64,000 nt of DNA from an uncultured virus (IMG/VR IMGVR_UViG_3300046007_013272) (IMGVR_UViG_3300046007_013272), one strand, 5' to 3'; positions 21,699-31,194 are shown, counted from the stretch's first letter. A program made the numbers and translations. The notes: generated from the letters alone by a model not told the origin.

Positions 21699-24050
21699 AT
21701 GAAAATAGTTTTATACACAGGTTATCACAAAACTCCTTGGGGTCCTTCTTCTATAGAAACTACCGGTTTAGGAGGTACAGAAAAAACCACTTATTATTTA
21801 GCACAAGAATTAGCCAAACTCCCTGAATATTATATTTGGGTAGTTGGAAATGTTATTCCTGGAGATTTTGATAATGTAAAATATAGAACTACTAAACAAT
21901 TTAAACAAGAAGAATCTTCAGTTGATACTATTATTGGAATAAATTATATACATTATTTAAAAGAATTTGAAGATTTTAATTATAAAAATTCTATATTTTG
22001 GCTTAGTAATACCGATTATTATAATTGGTGGAATGGAGAAGAAATACCTAATCATAGAGAATTATTAATCCATCCTAAACTTAAATATATTATATGCTTA
22101 ACTAAATGGCATAGAGAAATTTGGCTCCAACAATACCCAGAAACCGAAAGTAAAATTAAAATTATTGGTTATGGTATTGATGCTAGCAAAATTATAAAAA
22201 CTTTTCCTGAACCCCAAGCAATAAAAGGTTTAATCTTCCCAAAACCAACTTCTCAATTATATCAAAAAAATAAAAATCAATATATCTATTCATCTCATGC
22301 TGAAAGAGGTTTAGCTAGAGTATTAGAAGATTGGCCTCAAATTAAACAAGAAGCCCCTGATTCTAGCTTAAAAATTTGTACTCCTGAATATGGTTTAGAA
22401 TATTATAATCAATATTATAAAGAATGGGTAGATAGTTTGGATGATGTAGAATTTTTAGGTACATTACCCGAAAAAGAATTATATAAATTAATGGCGGATA
22501 GTCAATATTGGTACTATCCTTCAACATATGAAGAAACATTTTGCTTAACAGCTTTAGAAATGTTAGGCCATCAAGTATTACCTATTACTTGGGAATGGGG
22601 TGGTTTAAAAGAAACATTACATGGTTTTAATGCTCTTAATGAAAATGACAATATAAATTGGCAATTAGCACAAAATTACGTATATTCACTTGACTGGTGG
22701 TATGTAACAATAAGAAACTGGATACCTTTATTATTAAAATTAAATATGAATTTAGATCATTTTTACGTTATAGCTTTAAATGAAACTCAGCAAATTAAAG
22801 ATAAATGCGATAAATTATCTATGCCTGGTTTTTATAACTACTGGGTAAAAACTGGTTTTGATTATCGCACTTTAACACAAAAAGATTTAGTAAAATTTGG
22901 TGTTAAAAAACACCCAAATTGGAAAATCGAAAGTAGTTGTCATTGGTGGAATCGCGAAGTAACAGATGGAGAAGTAGGATGTGCCTTAGCTCATATTGAT
23001 GCTTGGGTTGATGCTTATGAATATGATAGAGAAATAACTTTTATTCTAGAAGAAGATTTTAAAGAACAACTCCCAGTAAACTGGGAAAATATAAAATCTC
23101 TTTTAGATAAAGGATATGATATGATTTATTTAGGACGTAATGCTCTTAAACCTGATTTAGAAAAACCTATAGAAGGATTTAGAAATTGGGTAGAGCCTGA
23201 TTATTCATATAACTCACACGCCTACATTTTATCACGTTCAGGTGTTCAAAAGCTAGTAGAAGAGTGGATCCCTCGTTATAAAAGTAAAATATTTGCTTTA
23301 GATGAGTTTTTATCAATTACTTTTGGTATGACTCATCGTCAAGATATTTTAGCAGATTTTGCTGATCTACCTAAATTAAAAGTAGCTGCTCCAAAAGTTA
23401 ATTATTTTGAACAAGATAAAAGTGTAGGAGTAACTGAAGGTAATAAACCTATAATTGAAATTTTAGATGATAGTAACTGGGAAGAGTGGTGTAAAAAATA
23501 TATTGATCCTTATATTTTAAAAGGACAATATAAGCTTATGACTGATGAAATTGGTCCTAATATTATTGAATTCCCATTATTTACTGAAAAATTCTGTGAT
23601 GAAGTAATAGCTTTAGCTGAACAAAATGAATGGAAAACTGATAGACATACTTTTTATCCTACAACAGACCAAACTATGGAAAGTTTAAAGATGCAAAAAA
23701 TCTATCAAAAAGTTCTAGAACAATTTGTTTATCCTATTTGGATTTGGTTTTGGGAACTTGAAGGTAATAATTGGCAAACTTCAAAAAGTGAAAACTTTAT
23801 TGCTAAATATGATACAAATAATCAAGGTAGCTTAGATATTCACCACGATAGCTCAGCTATTACATTAAATGTTAGGTTAAATGATGAATTTAAAGGAGGT
23901 GGTACTTTTATCCCTCGCTATAAATTAACAATCCAACCTCAAAGAAAAGGATATGCTATGGCTCATCCTGGTCAAATTACTCACAAACACGGGGGACGTC
24001 CTGTAATCGAAGGAACCCGATATATTTTAATTTCTTTTACAAATCCTTAA
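21699..24050 (+). CDS. Three-domain enzyme: GT-B (GT4-like) glycosyltransferase + GT25 (COLGALT-like) + PLOD-like 2OG-Fe(II) lysyl hydroxylase
   Basis: GLGGTE, YSS..ERGL and ETFCLTALE (GT-B); GEVGCALAH, LEED, DMIYLGR, VEPDYSY..HAYILS..G..KL and DEFL (GT25); FPLFTEKFCDE, YPTTD, HHDSS.ITLNV.LN, GGGT, HPGQITH.H.G.P...GTRYI.ISF..P (PLOD C-terminal domain). Start moved to ATG 21699. Confidence 0.85.
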   Translation: MKIVLYTGYHKTPWGPSSIETTGLGGTEKTTYYLAQELAKLPEYYIWVVGNVIPGDFDNVKYRTTKQFKQEESSVDTIIGINYIHYLKEFEDFNYKNSIFWLSNTDYYNWWNGEEIPNHRELLIHPKLKYIICLTKWHREIWLQQYPETESKIKIIGYGIDASKIIKTFPEPQAIKGLIFPKPTSQLYQKNKNQYIYSSHAERGLARVLEDWPQIKQEAPDSSLKICTPEYGLEYYNQYYKEWVDSLDDVEFLGTLPEKELYKLMADSQYWYYPSTYEETFCLTALEMLGHQVLPITWEWGGLKETLHGFNALNENDNINWQLAQNYVYSLDWWYVTIRNWIPLLLKLNMNLDHFYVIALNETQQIKDKCDKLSMPGFYNYWVKTGFDYRTLTQKDLVKFGVKKHPNWKIESSCHWWNREVTDGEVGCALAHIDAWVDAYEYDREITFILEEDFKEQLPVNWENIKSLLDKGYDMIYLGRNALKPDLEKPIEGFRNWVEPDYSYNSHAYILSRSGVQKLVEEWIPRYKSKIFALDEFLSITFGMTHRQDILADFADLPKLKVAAPKVNYFEQDKSVGVTEGNKPIIEILDDSNWEEWCKKYIDPYILKGQYKLMTDEIGPNIIEFPLFTEKFCDEVIALAEQNEWKTDRHTFYPTTDQTMESLKMQKIYQKVLEQFVYPIWIWFWELEGNNWQTSKSENFIAKYDTNNQGSLDIHHDSSAITLNVRLNDEFKGGGTFIPRYKLTIQPQRKGYAMAHPGQITHKHGGRPVIEGTRYILISFTNP

Positions 24051-24061
24051 TTTAAAAAATC

Positions 24062-24673
24062 ATGATGAATGTTAATTATACATTCCCTTTAGAAAATCCC
24101 GTAAACCAATGTAATTATTATTGGTTTCAAGAAGGTTTTACTACTGATGAGTTATCTCAAATTGAATCTCAAGTAGCCGAAATGCAATTCCAAACAGCTG
24201 TTACTGAGCAAGGTGGACAAGATCAAGGTGAAAATTTAGATGCTCGCAATTCCAGTATTAAATGGATTCCATTTTCAGAAAATACAAAATGGATTTACGA
24301 TAAAATTGGTTTAATGGCATATGAAGCTAATAAAGAAATGTATCATTTTGATCTAAACTTTATGCCAGAACAAATTCAATATACTGAATACTATGGTACT
24401 AATAAAGGTCACTATGATTGGCATATGGATATAGGTAGCCAAGGATTTATGCCTTTTAGAAAACTCTCAGTTACAGTTCAACTTTCTGGCCCTGAAGAAT
24501 ATGAAGGGGGTAATTTAGAAATTTGGAATGGTGGGCAAATGCCTTTAACAGGTCCTAAAGGTAAGGGTACTGTTATTATTTTCCCATCATTTATGCTTCA
24601 TAGAGTTACACCTGTAATTAAAGGTACTCGTAAATCATTTGTTCTTTGGTTAGGAGGAGGTCATTATAGATAA
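24062..24673 (+). CDS. 2OG-Fe(II) oxygenase (prolyl-4-hydroxylase/PKHD-like)
   Basis: YDWHMD, RKLS, YEGG, FPSF.LH.VTPV..G.R.S.V.W: HxD...H triad plus RxS. Confidence 0.9.
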   Translation: MMNVNYTFPLENPVNQCNYYWFQEGFTTDELSQIESQVAEMQFQTAVTEQGGQDQGENLDARNSSIKWIPFSENTKWIYDKIGLMAYEANKEMYHFDLNFMPEQIQYTEYYGTNKGHYDWHMDIGSQGFMPFRKLSVTVQLSGPEEYEGGNLEIWNGGQMPLTGPKGKGTVIIFPSFMLHRVTPVIKGTRKSFVLWLGGGHYR

Positions 24674-25437
24674 TGAAAGTAGCAATTTGTATAAGCGGTT
24701 TACCCCGCAATTATGATTTAGGTTTTAAAGAACTAAAAAAATGGTTCTTAAACAAGTATGATTGTGATGTTTACATCCATACTTGGTATGATACTACATC
24801 AGTCTTTGAAACTGGACATGATTTTTTAGAAAAAAAAACATACACTTTTACACAAAGTGATTATGATAAAATTTTAAAATTATATAAACCTAAAGCATAC
24901 GAATTTCAAACACCTATACCGTTTGATGAAACCGATATTCGCGGATCTCATTTAAATTATAAATTACATAATATTTTAAGTGCTGCTTATTCAATTCATG
25001 CTTGTTATAATTTAGTACGTGAATCCGGTATTGAATATGATTATATTATTAGATATAGATTTGATCTTCAATTTACTAAGTATGTATCTCCTAAATGTAT
25101 CTTTCTAAAAGACATTACTCAATTAGATCCTAACAAATATAATTGCTTTAAATACCCAGATATTAATGGATTCCCTCAACGAACATCTGAAATTGATGAT
25201 CAATTTATAGTTAGTGGACCTCATATTGCTGAAATTTATTCTGATTATTTTTGTTATATACTTAACTACATTTTTATAGACCCAGATTATGGTGAATGGT
25301 TAAAAACTGTCACAAGTACAGCGGATAAAACTGTTGCTGAAAGTCTTTTAAAATGGCATGTAATGCTAAAAAATAATGTAGAGGTAAATTATGTTGAAAG
25401 TTTAACCAAACATTTTCATGCCCATATTATTCGATGA
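24673..25437 (+). CDS. Putative glycosyltransferase-like protein, paralog A
   Basis: MKVAICISGLPR, DVYIHTW, YDYIIRYRFDL and DDQF motifs; located within the GT cassette. Confidence 0.5.
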   Translation: MKVAICISGLPRNYDLGFKELKKWFLNKYDCDVYIHTWYDTTSVFETGHDFLEKKTYTFTQSDYDKILKLYKPKAYEFQTPIPFDETDIRGSHLNYKLHNILSAAYSIHACYNLVRESGIEYDYIIRYRFDLQFTKYVSPKCIFLKDITQLDPNKYNCFKYPDINGFPQRTSEIDDQFIVSGPHIAEIYSDYFCYILNYIFIDPDYGEWLKTVTSTADKTVAESLLKWHVMLKNNVEVNYVESLTKHFHAHIIR

Positions 25438-26183
25438 AAATAGCTTTAACAATTAGTGGTCAGCCACGTAGATACAAACATGGTTTTAAAGAACTAAAAC
25501 GTTGGTTTTTAGATCGATATGATATTGATGTGTATATGCATGCTTGGGTTGATAAACATTTTTACAAGTATGATTTTTTTAATGAAGGTAAATTGCAACG
25601 TGTTTATAATGTTGATCAAAATACTTACAAAAATCTATTAGATTGGTATCAGCCTAAAAAACATTTATTTGAAAAAGCAATAAAGTTTGATGCTACAGAT
25701 TTAAAAGGACAAAATAACCAACGCTTAAATTCCCAAATGGGAATGTGGTTATCTTTAAAACGATCTTGGGATTTGTTAGAAAATTCCGGTATTAAATATG
25801 ATTTGGTAATAAAAACAAGATATGATTTACTTTGGACACATAGAGTAGCTGAAAATTGTATCTTCTTAGAAGACATTACTAAAGTAAACCCTGAAGCAGT
25901 TAATTTTTTTGAATATCCTGATAGATGGGGTATGGCTGATCAACTTAATGATACTTTTGCTGTTGGGGGATATGATGTTATGAAAACCTACCATAATGTC
26001 TTTCCTGAAATGTTACGAACAATCTTTGTAAACCCTGAATATTACCAGTACTATTATGATATGTTTGTTAATGAAACTTTACTCAGACAGCATTTAAGAA
26101 ATCACGGAGTTCCAATTTGTCCTATTTATCATGGTTTTGATGGATATAGAGGACTAGATGGGGGTTGTTCAATAATGAGATAA
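25434..26183 (+). CDS. Putative glycosyltransferase-like protein, paralog B
   Basis: MKIALTISGQPR, DVYMHAW, YDLVIKTRYDL and NDTFA; clearly similar to the upstream gene. Confidence 0.5.
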   Translation: MKIALTISGQPRRYKHGFKELKRWFLDRYDIDVYMHAWVDKHFYKYDFFNEGKLQRVYNVDQNTYKNLLDWYQPKKHLFEKAIKFDATDLKGQNNQRLNSQMGMWLSLKRSWDLLENSGIKYDLVIKTRYDLLWTHRVAENCIFLEDITKVNPEAVNFFEYPDRWGMADQLNDTFAVGGYDVMKTYHNVFPEMLRTIFVNPEYYQYYYDMFVNETLLRQHLRNHGVPICPIYHGFDGYRGLDGGCSIMR

Positions 26184-26184
26184 T

Positions 26185-28467
26185 ATGAAACCAAAAGTTT
26201 ATGCACACGGACCTTATATAGGCCCTACAGGTTACGCTAATCATACAAGAGATTTTTTTAGACATTTATCTAAACATCTTGATGTAAAAGTTAGAAATTT
26301 TCCTGCAGGTAAAACTTGGGAAGGTTATAAAGATGAACCTCATAATAATGAACCTTATTTAAATGATTTAGATAAAAAATTATTAGTTGAACAAACACTT
26401 TTTGTAGATTACGAAAGGCAAGATTCTCCTATATATAAAAATTATGAAAATAATTTTAAACATAATGTTAATATTATTTTAGAAGCTACGGGTCATCATT
26501 ATTTTTATGATAATTACGTAGGTCCTAAAATTGCATATAATGTTTGGGAATCTACTTTACAACCTGAAAATTTTTTTAATAAATTAAAAGAATTTGATCA
26601 AATTTGGGTACCTTCAAAATGGCAAGCTGAATGTACTATTAAGCAAGGTATGCCTGCTGAAAAAGTAAAAGTTGTACCTGAGGGTGTAGACACTAATATC
26701 TTTAAAATTGAACCCTACCTATTACTCCCAGAAGAATATTTGGATAATAGGTTTAAATTTGTAATGTTTGGGCGTTGGGAATATAGAAAATCTACAAAAG
26801 AAATAATTGAAACCTTTCTTAAAGAATTCAAACCAGATGAGAAAGTTGATTTAATACTTTCGGTTGATAACCCATTTGCAGATGATGGTTTAAAAACTAC
26901 TGAAGATAGATTAAAGCATTATGGTTTAGAAGATCCTCGCATCAAAGTAGTACATTTTCCTTCTAGAGAAGATTACATTCAATACTTAAAAACAGGTCAT
27001 GTATTTTTATCTTGTGCTCGTAGTGAAGGATGGAATTTACCTTTAATTGAGGCTATGGCTTGTGGTACTCCAGCTATTTACTCAGCATGCTCTGGTCAAA
27101 TGGAATTTGCTGAAGGTAAAGGATTACCTGTAAAAGTATGGGGAGAATTACCTGCCAAGGATCCAAATTATAAAGGAAAATTTGTAGAAGGTTCTTATTA
27201 TGAACCTGATTTTGAAGATTTAGCTCGTGTAATGAGAGATGCTTACGTAAATTATCAAGATCATTATAAACGTGCACATAAAGAGTCTGAAATTATCCAT
27301 CAAAATTTTAATTGGGATAAAGTAGCTGAAATTGGTCGGAATACTTTACAAGAATTTTTAGATGAATATAATCAAGTAGAAGATAAAAATAAAATAAATA
27401 TTAGTTATTTAAATAAACCTAAAGTAGAAATTTTAGGAAATATTAACAAAAGTTATTTTATAGAATTTATTGATTCTGCAACCGGTAAAGTACACCATTC
27501 ACAAACCATTAACAATAATATGTGGGTTGAATGTAGTACAGAGTACTATGTACCTTGGGTAATAAAAATTGATGGTAAAGAAGCAAGTAGATTAGATTTA
27601 ACTAATCAAAAAGTTTTAATTACGGTAGAATCTAAAGCAATAGGTGATACCATTGGTTGGGTTCCTTATGTTGTTGAATTTGCTAAAAAACATAATTGTA
27701 AAGTTATACTTTCTACATTCCATAATGATTGGTTCCAAGGATTAGAAGCTTACAAAAACATAGAATTCACCAACCCAGGAACAGCTGTTGAATGTATTAC
27801 TCATTATAAATTAGGATGGTTTAGAGACGAAAATGGGGGTTGGAAAAGCCCAAATTATCACCCTCGTCAATGTAATACTATCCCAATGCAAGCAACTGCA
27901 ACAGATATTTTAGGGTTAGAATTTAAAGAATTAAATTATGGTATTAATGTACCTAAAGGTGAAAGACCTTATAAACAAAAATATATTGTAATAGGTCCTA
28001 ATGCTACAGCAGGTTGTAAAGAATGGAAGTATGAATATTGGTGTGCTTTAGTTAAATTACTTAACCAACAAGGTTATACTATAATTTCTCTTACACAAAA
28101 AGAATTTACAATTCCAGGTACCATTAATCACTATGGGCATTCTATAGATAAAGTAGTTAATTATCTTTATCATGCGGATTTATTTATTGGATTAGGTTCA
28201 GGTCTATCTTGGTTGAACTGGACAATCGGGAAACATACAGCTATGATTAATGGTTTTGCAGAAAAAAACCACGAATTTACTTCTCGTGTTACACGTATAA
28301 CAACAGATAATTGTTTTCCGTGTTGGACTAATCCAAATTTTGTGTTTGATGCAGGTGATTGGGATTGGTGTCCTATTTGGAAAGGAACTGATAAACAACA
28401 TATTTGTCAAAAATCAATTACCCCACAATTAGTTATGTCTAAAATTAAACCTTTACTAAAAAAATAA
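26185..28467 (+). CDS. GT4 glycosyltransferase fused to an Aah/TibC-like (autotransporter heptosyltransferase-type) domain
   Basis: TGYA.H, RKS and EGWNLPLIEAMACG (GT4); IGDTIGW.PY, ADLFIGLGSGLSWL and C-terminal CFPCW...WCP...C (TibC-like four-Cys motif). Confidence 0.8.
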   Translation: MKPKVYAHGPYIGPTGYANHTRDFFRHLSKHLDVKVRNFPAGKTWEGYKDEPHNNEPYLNDLDKKLLVEQTLFVDYERQDSPIYKNYENNFKHNVNIILEATGHHYFYDNYVGPKIAYNVWESTLQPENFFNKLKEFDQIWVPSKWQAECTIKQGMPAEKVKVVPEGVDTNIFKIEPYLLLPEEYLDNRFKFVMFGRWEYRKSTKEIIETFLKEFKPDEKVDLILSVDNPFADDGLKTTEDRLKHYGLEDPRIKVVHFPSREDYIQYLKTGHVFLSCARSEGWNLPLIEAMACGTPAIYSACSGQMEFAEGKGLPVKVWGELPAKDPNYKGKFVEGSYYEPDFEDLARVMRDAYVNYQDHYKRAHKESEIIHQNFNWDKVAEIGRNTLQEFLDEYNQVEDKNKINISYLNKPKVEILGNINKSYFIEFIDSATGKVHHSQTINNNMWVECSTEYYVPWVIKIDGKEASRLDLTNQKVLITVESKAIGDTIGWVPYVVEFAKKHNCKVILSTFHNDWFQGLEAYKNIEFTNPGTAVECITHYKLGWFRDENGGWKSPNYHPRQCNTIPMQATATDILGLEFKELNYGINVPKGERPYKQKYIVIGPNATAGCKEWKYEYWCALVKLLNQQGYTIISLTQKEFTIPGTINHYGHSIDKVVNYLYHADLFIGLGSGLSWLNWTIGKHTAMINGFAEKNHEFTSRVTRITTDNCFPCWTNPNFVFDAGDWDWCPIWKGTDKQHICQKSITPQLVMSKIKPLLKK

Positions 28468-28479
28468 TATTTATACGAA

Positions 28480-28728
28480 ATGGAAAAAAAGTTTTTAAAT
28501 AAAGAAGAACTAGAAAATTTAAGACAATTAGAAAACGAATATGTTGAACTAATAAATTCTCTAGGAACAATAGAATATCAGATTGTTTTATTACAAAAAA
28601 GTAAAGAAAATATAAAACAAAATATATCTATTTACGAAGATAAATTAAAAGAATTTGAAAAAGTACTTGTTGAAAAATATGGTACTGATGGGAAATTTAA
28701 TTTAGAAGAAGGCAGCTTTACATCCTAA
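28480..28728 (+). CDS. Small coiled-coil hypothetical protein
   Basis: Heptad-rich 82 aa ending KYG..GKFNLEEG; TATTTATA upstream. Confidence 0.6.
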   Translation: MEKKFLNKEELENLRQLENEYVELINSLGTIEYQIVLLQKSKENIKQNISIYEDKLKEFEKVLVEKYGTDGKFNLEEGSFTS

Positions 28729-28823
28729 AAACTTTTGCTAAAGTGTTATATTAATTGGTTTTGTAAGGTATTTTTGAAGAAAAGTACAATATTTATAATA
28801 AAAACCATAATATAACATTTAAA

Positions 28824-30641
28824 ATGGCAGAAACTTTATTATCACCTGGGGTTTTAGCGAGAGAGAACGACCAGTCTTTCCTAACACAACAACCTGTAGA
28901 GGTAGGCGCAGCAATTATTGGCCCTACAGTTTTAGGACCCGTAGAAATCCCTACTTTAGTTACCTCATTTTCTGACTTTACTACAAAGTTCGGAAATACT
29001 GTTATGAGTGGTAGCCAAGAATATAGCTACTTAACTTCTATTGCTGCATTTAATTATTTCCAAAACGGAGGAAATACTTTATTAGTAACTAGAGTAGTAC
29101 CTTCTGCATCTGCATGGACCTCAGCAACTGCTTCTGCCGGTACCTTTATTTCAAATAGTGCAATTATAGCTCCAAGTGATCCTAACTTCGGTCAGGCTGC
29201 TTTCTTTACAGCATCATTTACTCTTAGTACTATTGCTGAAGGTAATATAATGGATAATTATGTATCAGGTTCAAATAATTTCTTTGGTCAAACTGGCAGT
29301 GATGGTACTTTAGTTTCAGGCTCTGCAAATAATGTTAGGTGGCAAATTACAAGTGTTGATCCTGCTAATGGTATATTTAGTTTATTAATTAGACAAGGTA
29401 ATGATACAGCAACTGAACCTAGTGTTTTAGAAACTTGGACAAACCTTTCATTAGACCCAACTCAACCTAATTACATTTCGAAAGTAATAGGTGATACTTA
29501 TAAAAAAGTTACTACAGTTGGTTCAGACACATTTATTGAAGTTGTAGGTAATTATCCAAACAACTCAAGATATGTTTACATATCAGCAGTAAATTCACCA
29601 ACTCCTTTCTATTTTAATAATGCAGGCGCTGTAGGTACTAACCCCGCAACAACTTTAAGCTGGAGTGCTTCTCTACCAATAGCATCTAATGGTGCATTTG
29701 GTGGAGCAAATGGTGATTTATTTTATGATAATTTAGGAGCTGCTAGATTCTATAACAATATTAGCTCATCAGGCAATATTCAAGGTTTAGATAATAACGA
29801 CTACGATACTGCAATTGGCTTAATGGGGAATCAGGATGAATATGTTTATAATGTTATTACAGTTCCTGGTTTAACTAAAGATAATGCAACTTCACAAATT
29901 TCTGCTTTAATTAACACTGTTCAAACTCGTGGAGATGCAGTAGCAGTAATTGATTTGGTAGCTTATGGTTCTTCAACCAATCAAACTATCACAGCAGCAA
30001 CAACTTACAATAGCTCATATGCTGCTACTTATTGGCCTTGGTTACAAACAGTAGACCCAGGCACTGGCCAGTTAGTTTGGATCCCAGCTTCTACATTAAT
30101 CCCAGGTGTATATGCATTTAACGATAGTGTATCAGATCCTTGGTTTGCACCCGCTGGTATTAACAGAGGTGGTTTAGATACAGTTGTAAGAGCTGAACAA
30201 AAGCTAACTCAAACACAACGTAATGATCTTTACATCGGTAATGTAAACCCAATTGCAACATTCCCTAACGTAGGTGTTGTAGTATATGGTCAGAAAACTC
30301 TACAGAAAAAAGCATCTGCACTTGATCGTGTAAATGTTAGAAGATTATTAATTTCACTTAAGTCTTACATTTCTCAAGTAGCTAATAATTTAGTGTTCGA
30401 ACAAAACACAATTGCTACAAGAAATCAATTCTTAAGCCAAGTTAACCCATACCTAGAATCAGTTCAACAACGTCAAGGTTTATATGCGTTTAGAGTAATT
30501 ATGGATGATTCCAATAACACTCCAGACGTAATCGATAGAAATCAATTAATTGGTCAGATCTATCTACAACCAACTAAGACTGCTGAATTCATTTACCTAG
30601 ACTTTAACATCTTACCAACAGGAGCTACTTTCCCAGGGTAA
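28824..30641 (+). CDS. Tail sheath protein (gp18-like)
   Basis: SPGV..RE.D N-terminus; PWFAPAG..RG, VNPI, GQKT, RVNVRRL and PTKTAEFI. Confidence 0.95.
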   Translation: MAETLLSPGVLARENDQSFLTQQPVEVGAAIIGPTVLGPVEIPTLVTSFSDFTTKFGNTVMSGSQEYSYLTSIAAFNYFQNGGNTLLVTRVVPSASAWTSATASAGTFISNSAIIAPSDPNFGQAAFFTASFTLSTIAEGNIMDNYVSGSNNFFGQTGSDGTLVSGSANNVRWQITSVDPANGIFSLLIRQGNDTATEPSVLETWTNLSLDPTQPNYISKVIGDTYKKVTTVGSDTFIEVVGNYPNNSRYVYISAVNSPTPFYFNNAGAVGTNPATTLSWSASLPIASNGAFGGANGDLFYDNLGAARFYNNISSSGNIQGLDNNDYDTAIGLMGNQDEYVYNVITVPGLTKDNATSQISALINTVQTRGDAVAVIDLVAYGSSTNQTITAATTYNSSYAATYWPWLQTVDPGTGQLVWIPASTLIPGVYAFNDSVSDPWFAPAGINRGGLDTVVRAEQKLTQTQRNDLYIGNVNPIATFPNVGVVVYGQKTLQKKASALDRVNVRRLLISLKSYISQVANNLVFEQNTIATRNQFLSQVNPYLESVQQRQGLYAFRVIMDDSNNTPDVIDRNQLIGQIYLQPTKTAEFIYLDFNILPTGATFPG

Positions 30642-30686
30642 AAGCTTAAAAAGTTGATATTTATAATAAAATAAAGAATACATAAA

Positions 30687-31175
30687 ATGGCAGTATTAGA
30701 TCCGAACGAAATATTTTTTACAGCATTTGAACCTAAAATTCCTAACAGATTCATAATGTATGTAGATGGTTTCCCATCATATATCATTAAAGCAATCTCG
30801 GCTGTTGGATTCGATCAAAGTGAGACAGTTCTTAATCATATCAACGTATATCGCAAAATCAAAGGCAAAACAAGATGGAACGATATCACAATGACATTAT
30901 TTGACCCAATCACTCCTTCAGGTGCTCAGGCTGTAATGGAATGGACTCGTTTACACCACGAATCAGTAACAGGTAGAGATGGTTACTCTGACTTCTACAA
31001 GAAAGATGTAACAATTGATATCTTAGGCCCTGTAGGTGATATCGTATCAGAATGGGTAATCAAAGGTGCATTTATTAAATCAGCTACTTTTGGTGACTAC
31101 AACTGGGATACTGATAACGTTGCTACCAACTTGACTGTAGTGTTAGGTATGGATTATTGTGTACTAAACTTCTAA
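30687..31175 (+). CDS. Tail tube protein (gp19-like)
   Basis: Follows the sheath; W.DITMTL.D, VMEW, YKKD, W...GAF motifs. Confidence 0.85.
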   Translation: MAVLDPNEIFFTAFEPKIPNRFIMYVDGFPSYIIKAISAVGFDQSETVLNHINVYRKIKGKTRWNDITMTLFDPITPSGAQAVMEWTRLHHESVTGRDGYSDFYKKDVTIDILGPVGDIVSEWVIKGAFIKSATFGDYNWDTDNVATNLTVVLGMDYCVLNF

Positions 31176-31194
31176 AAAAGTTTACATACTTTAC

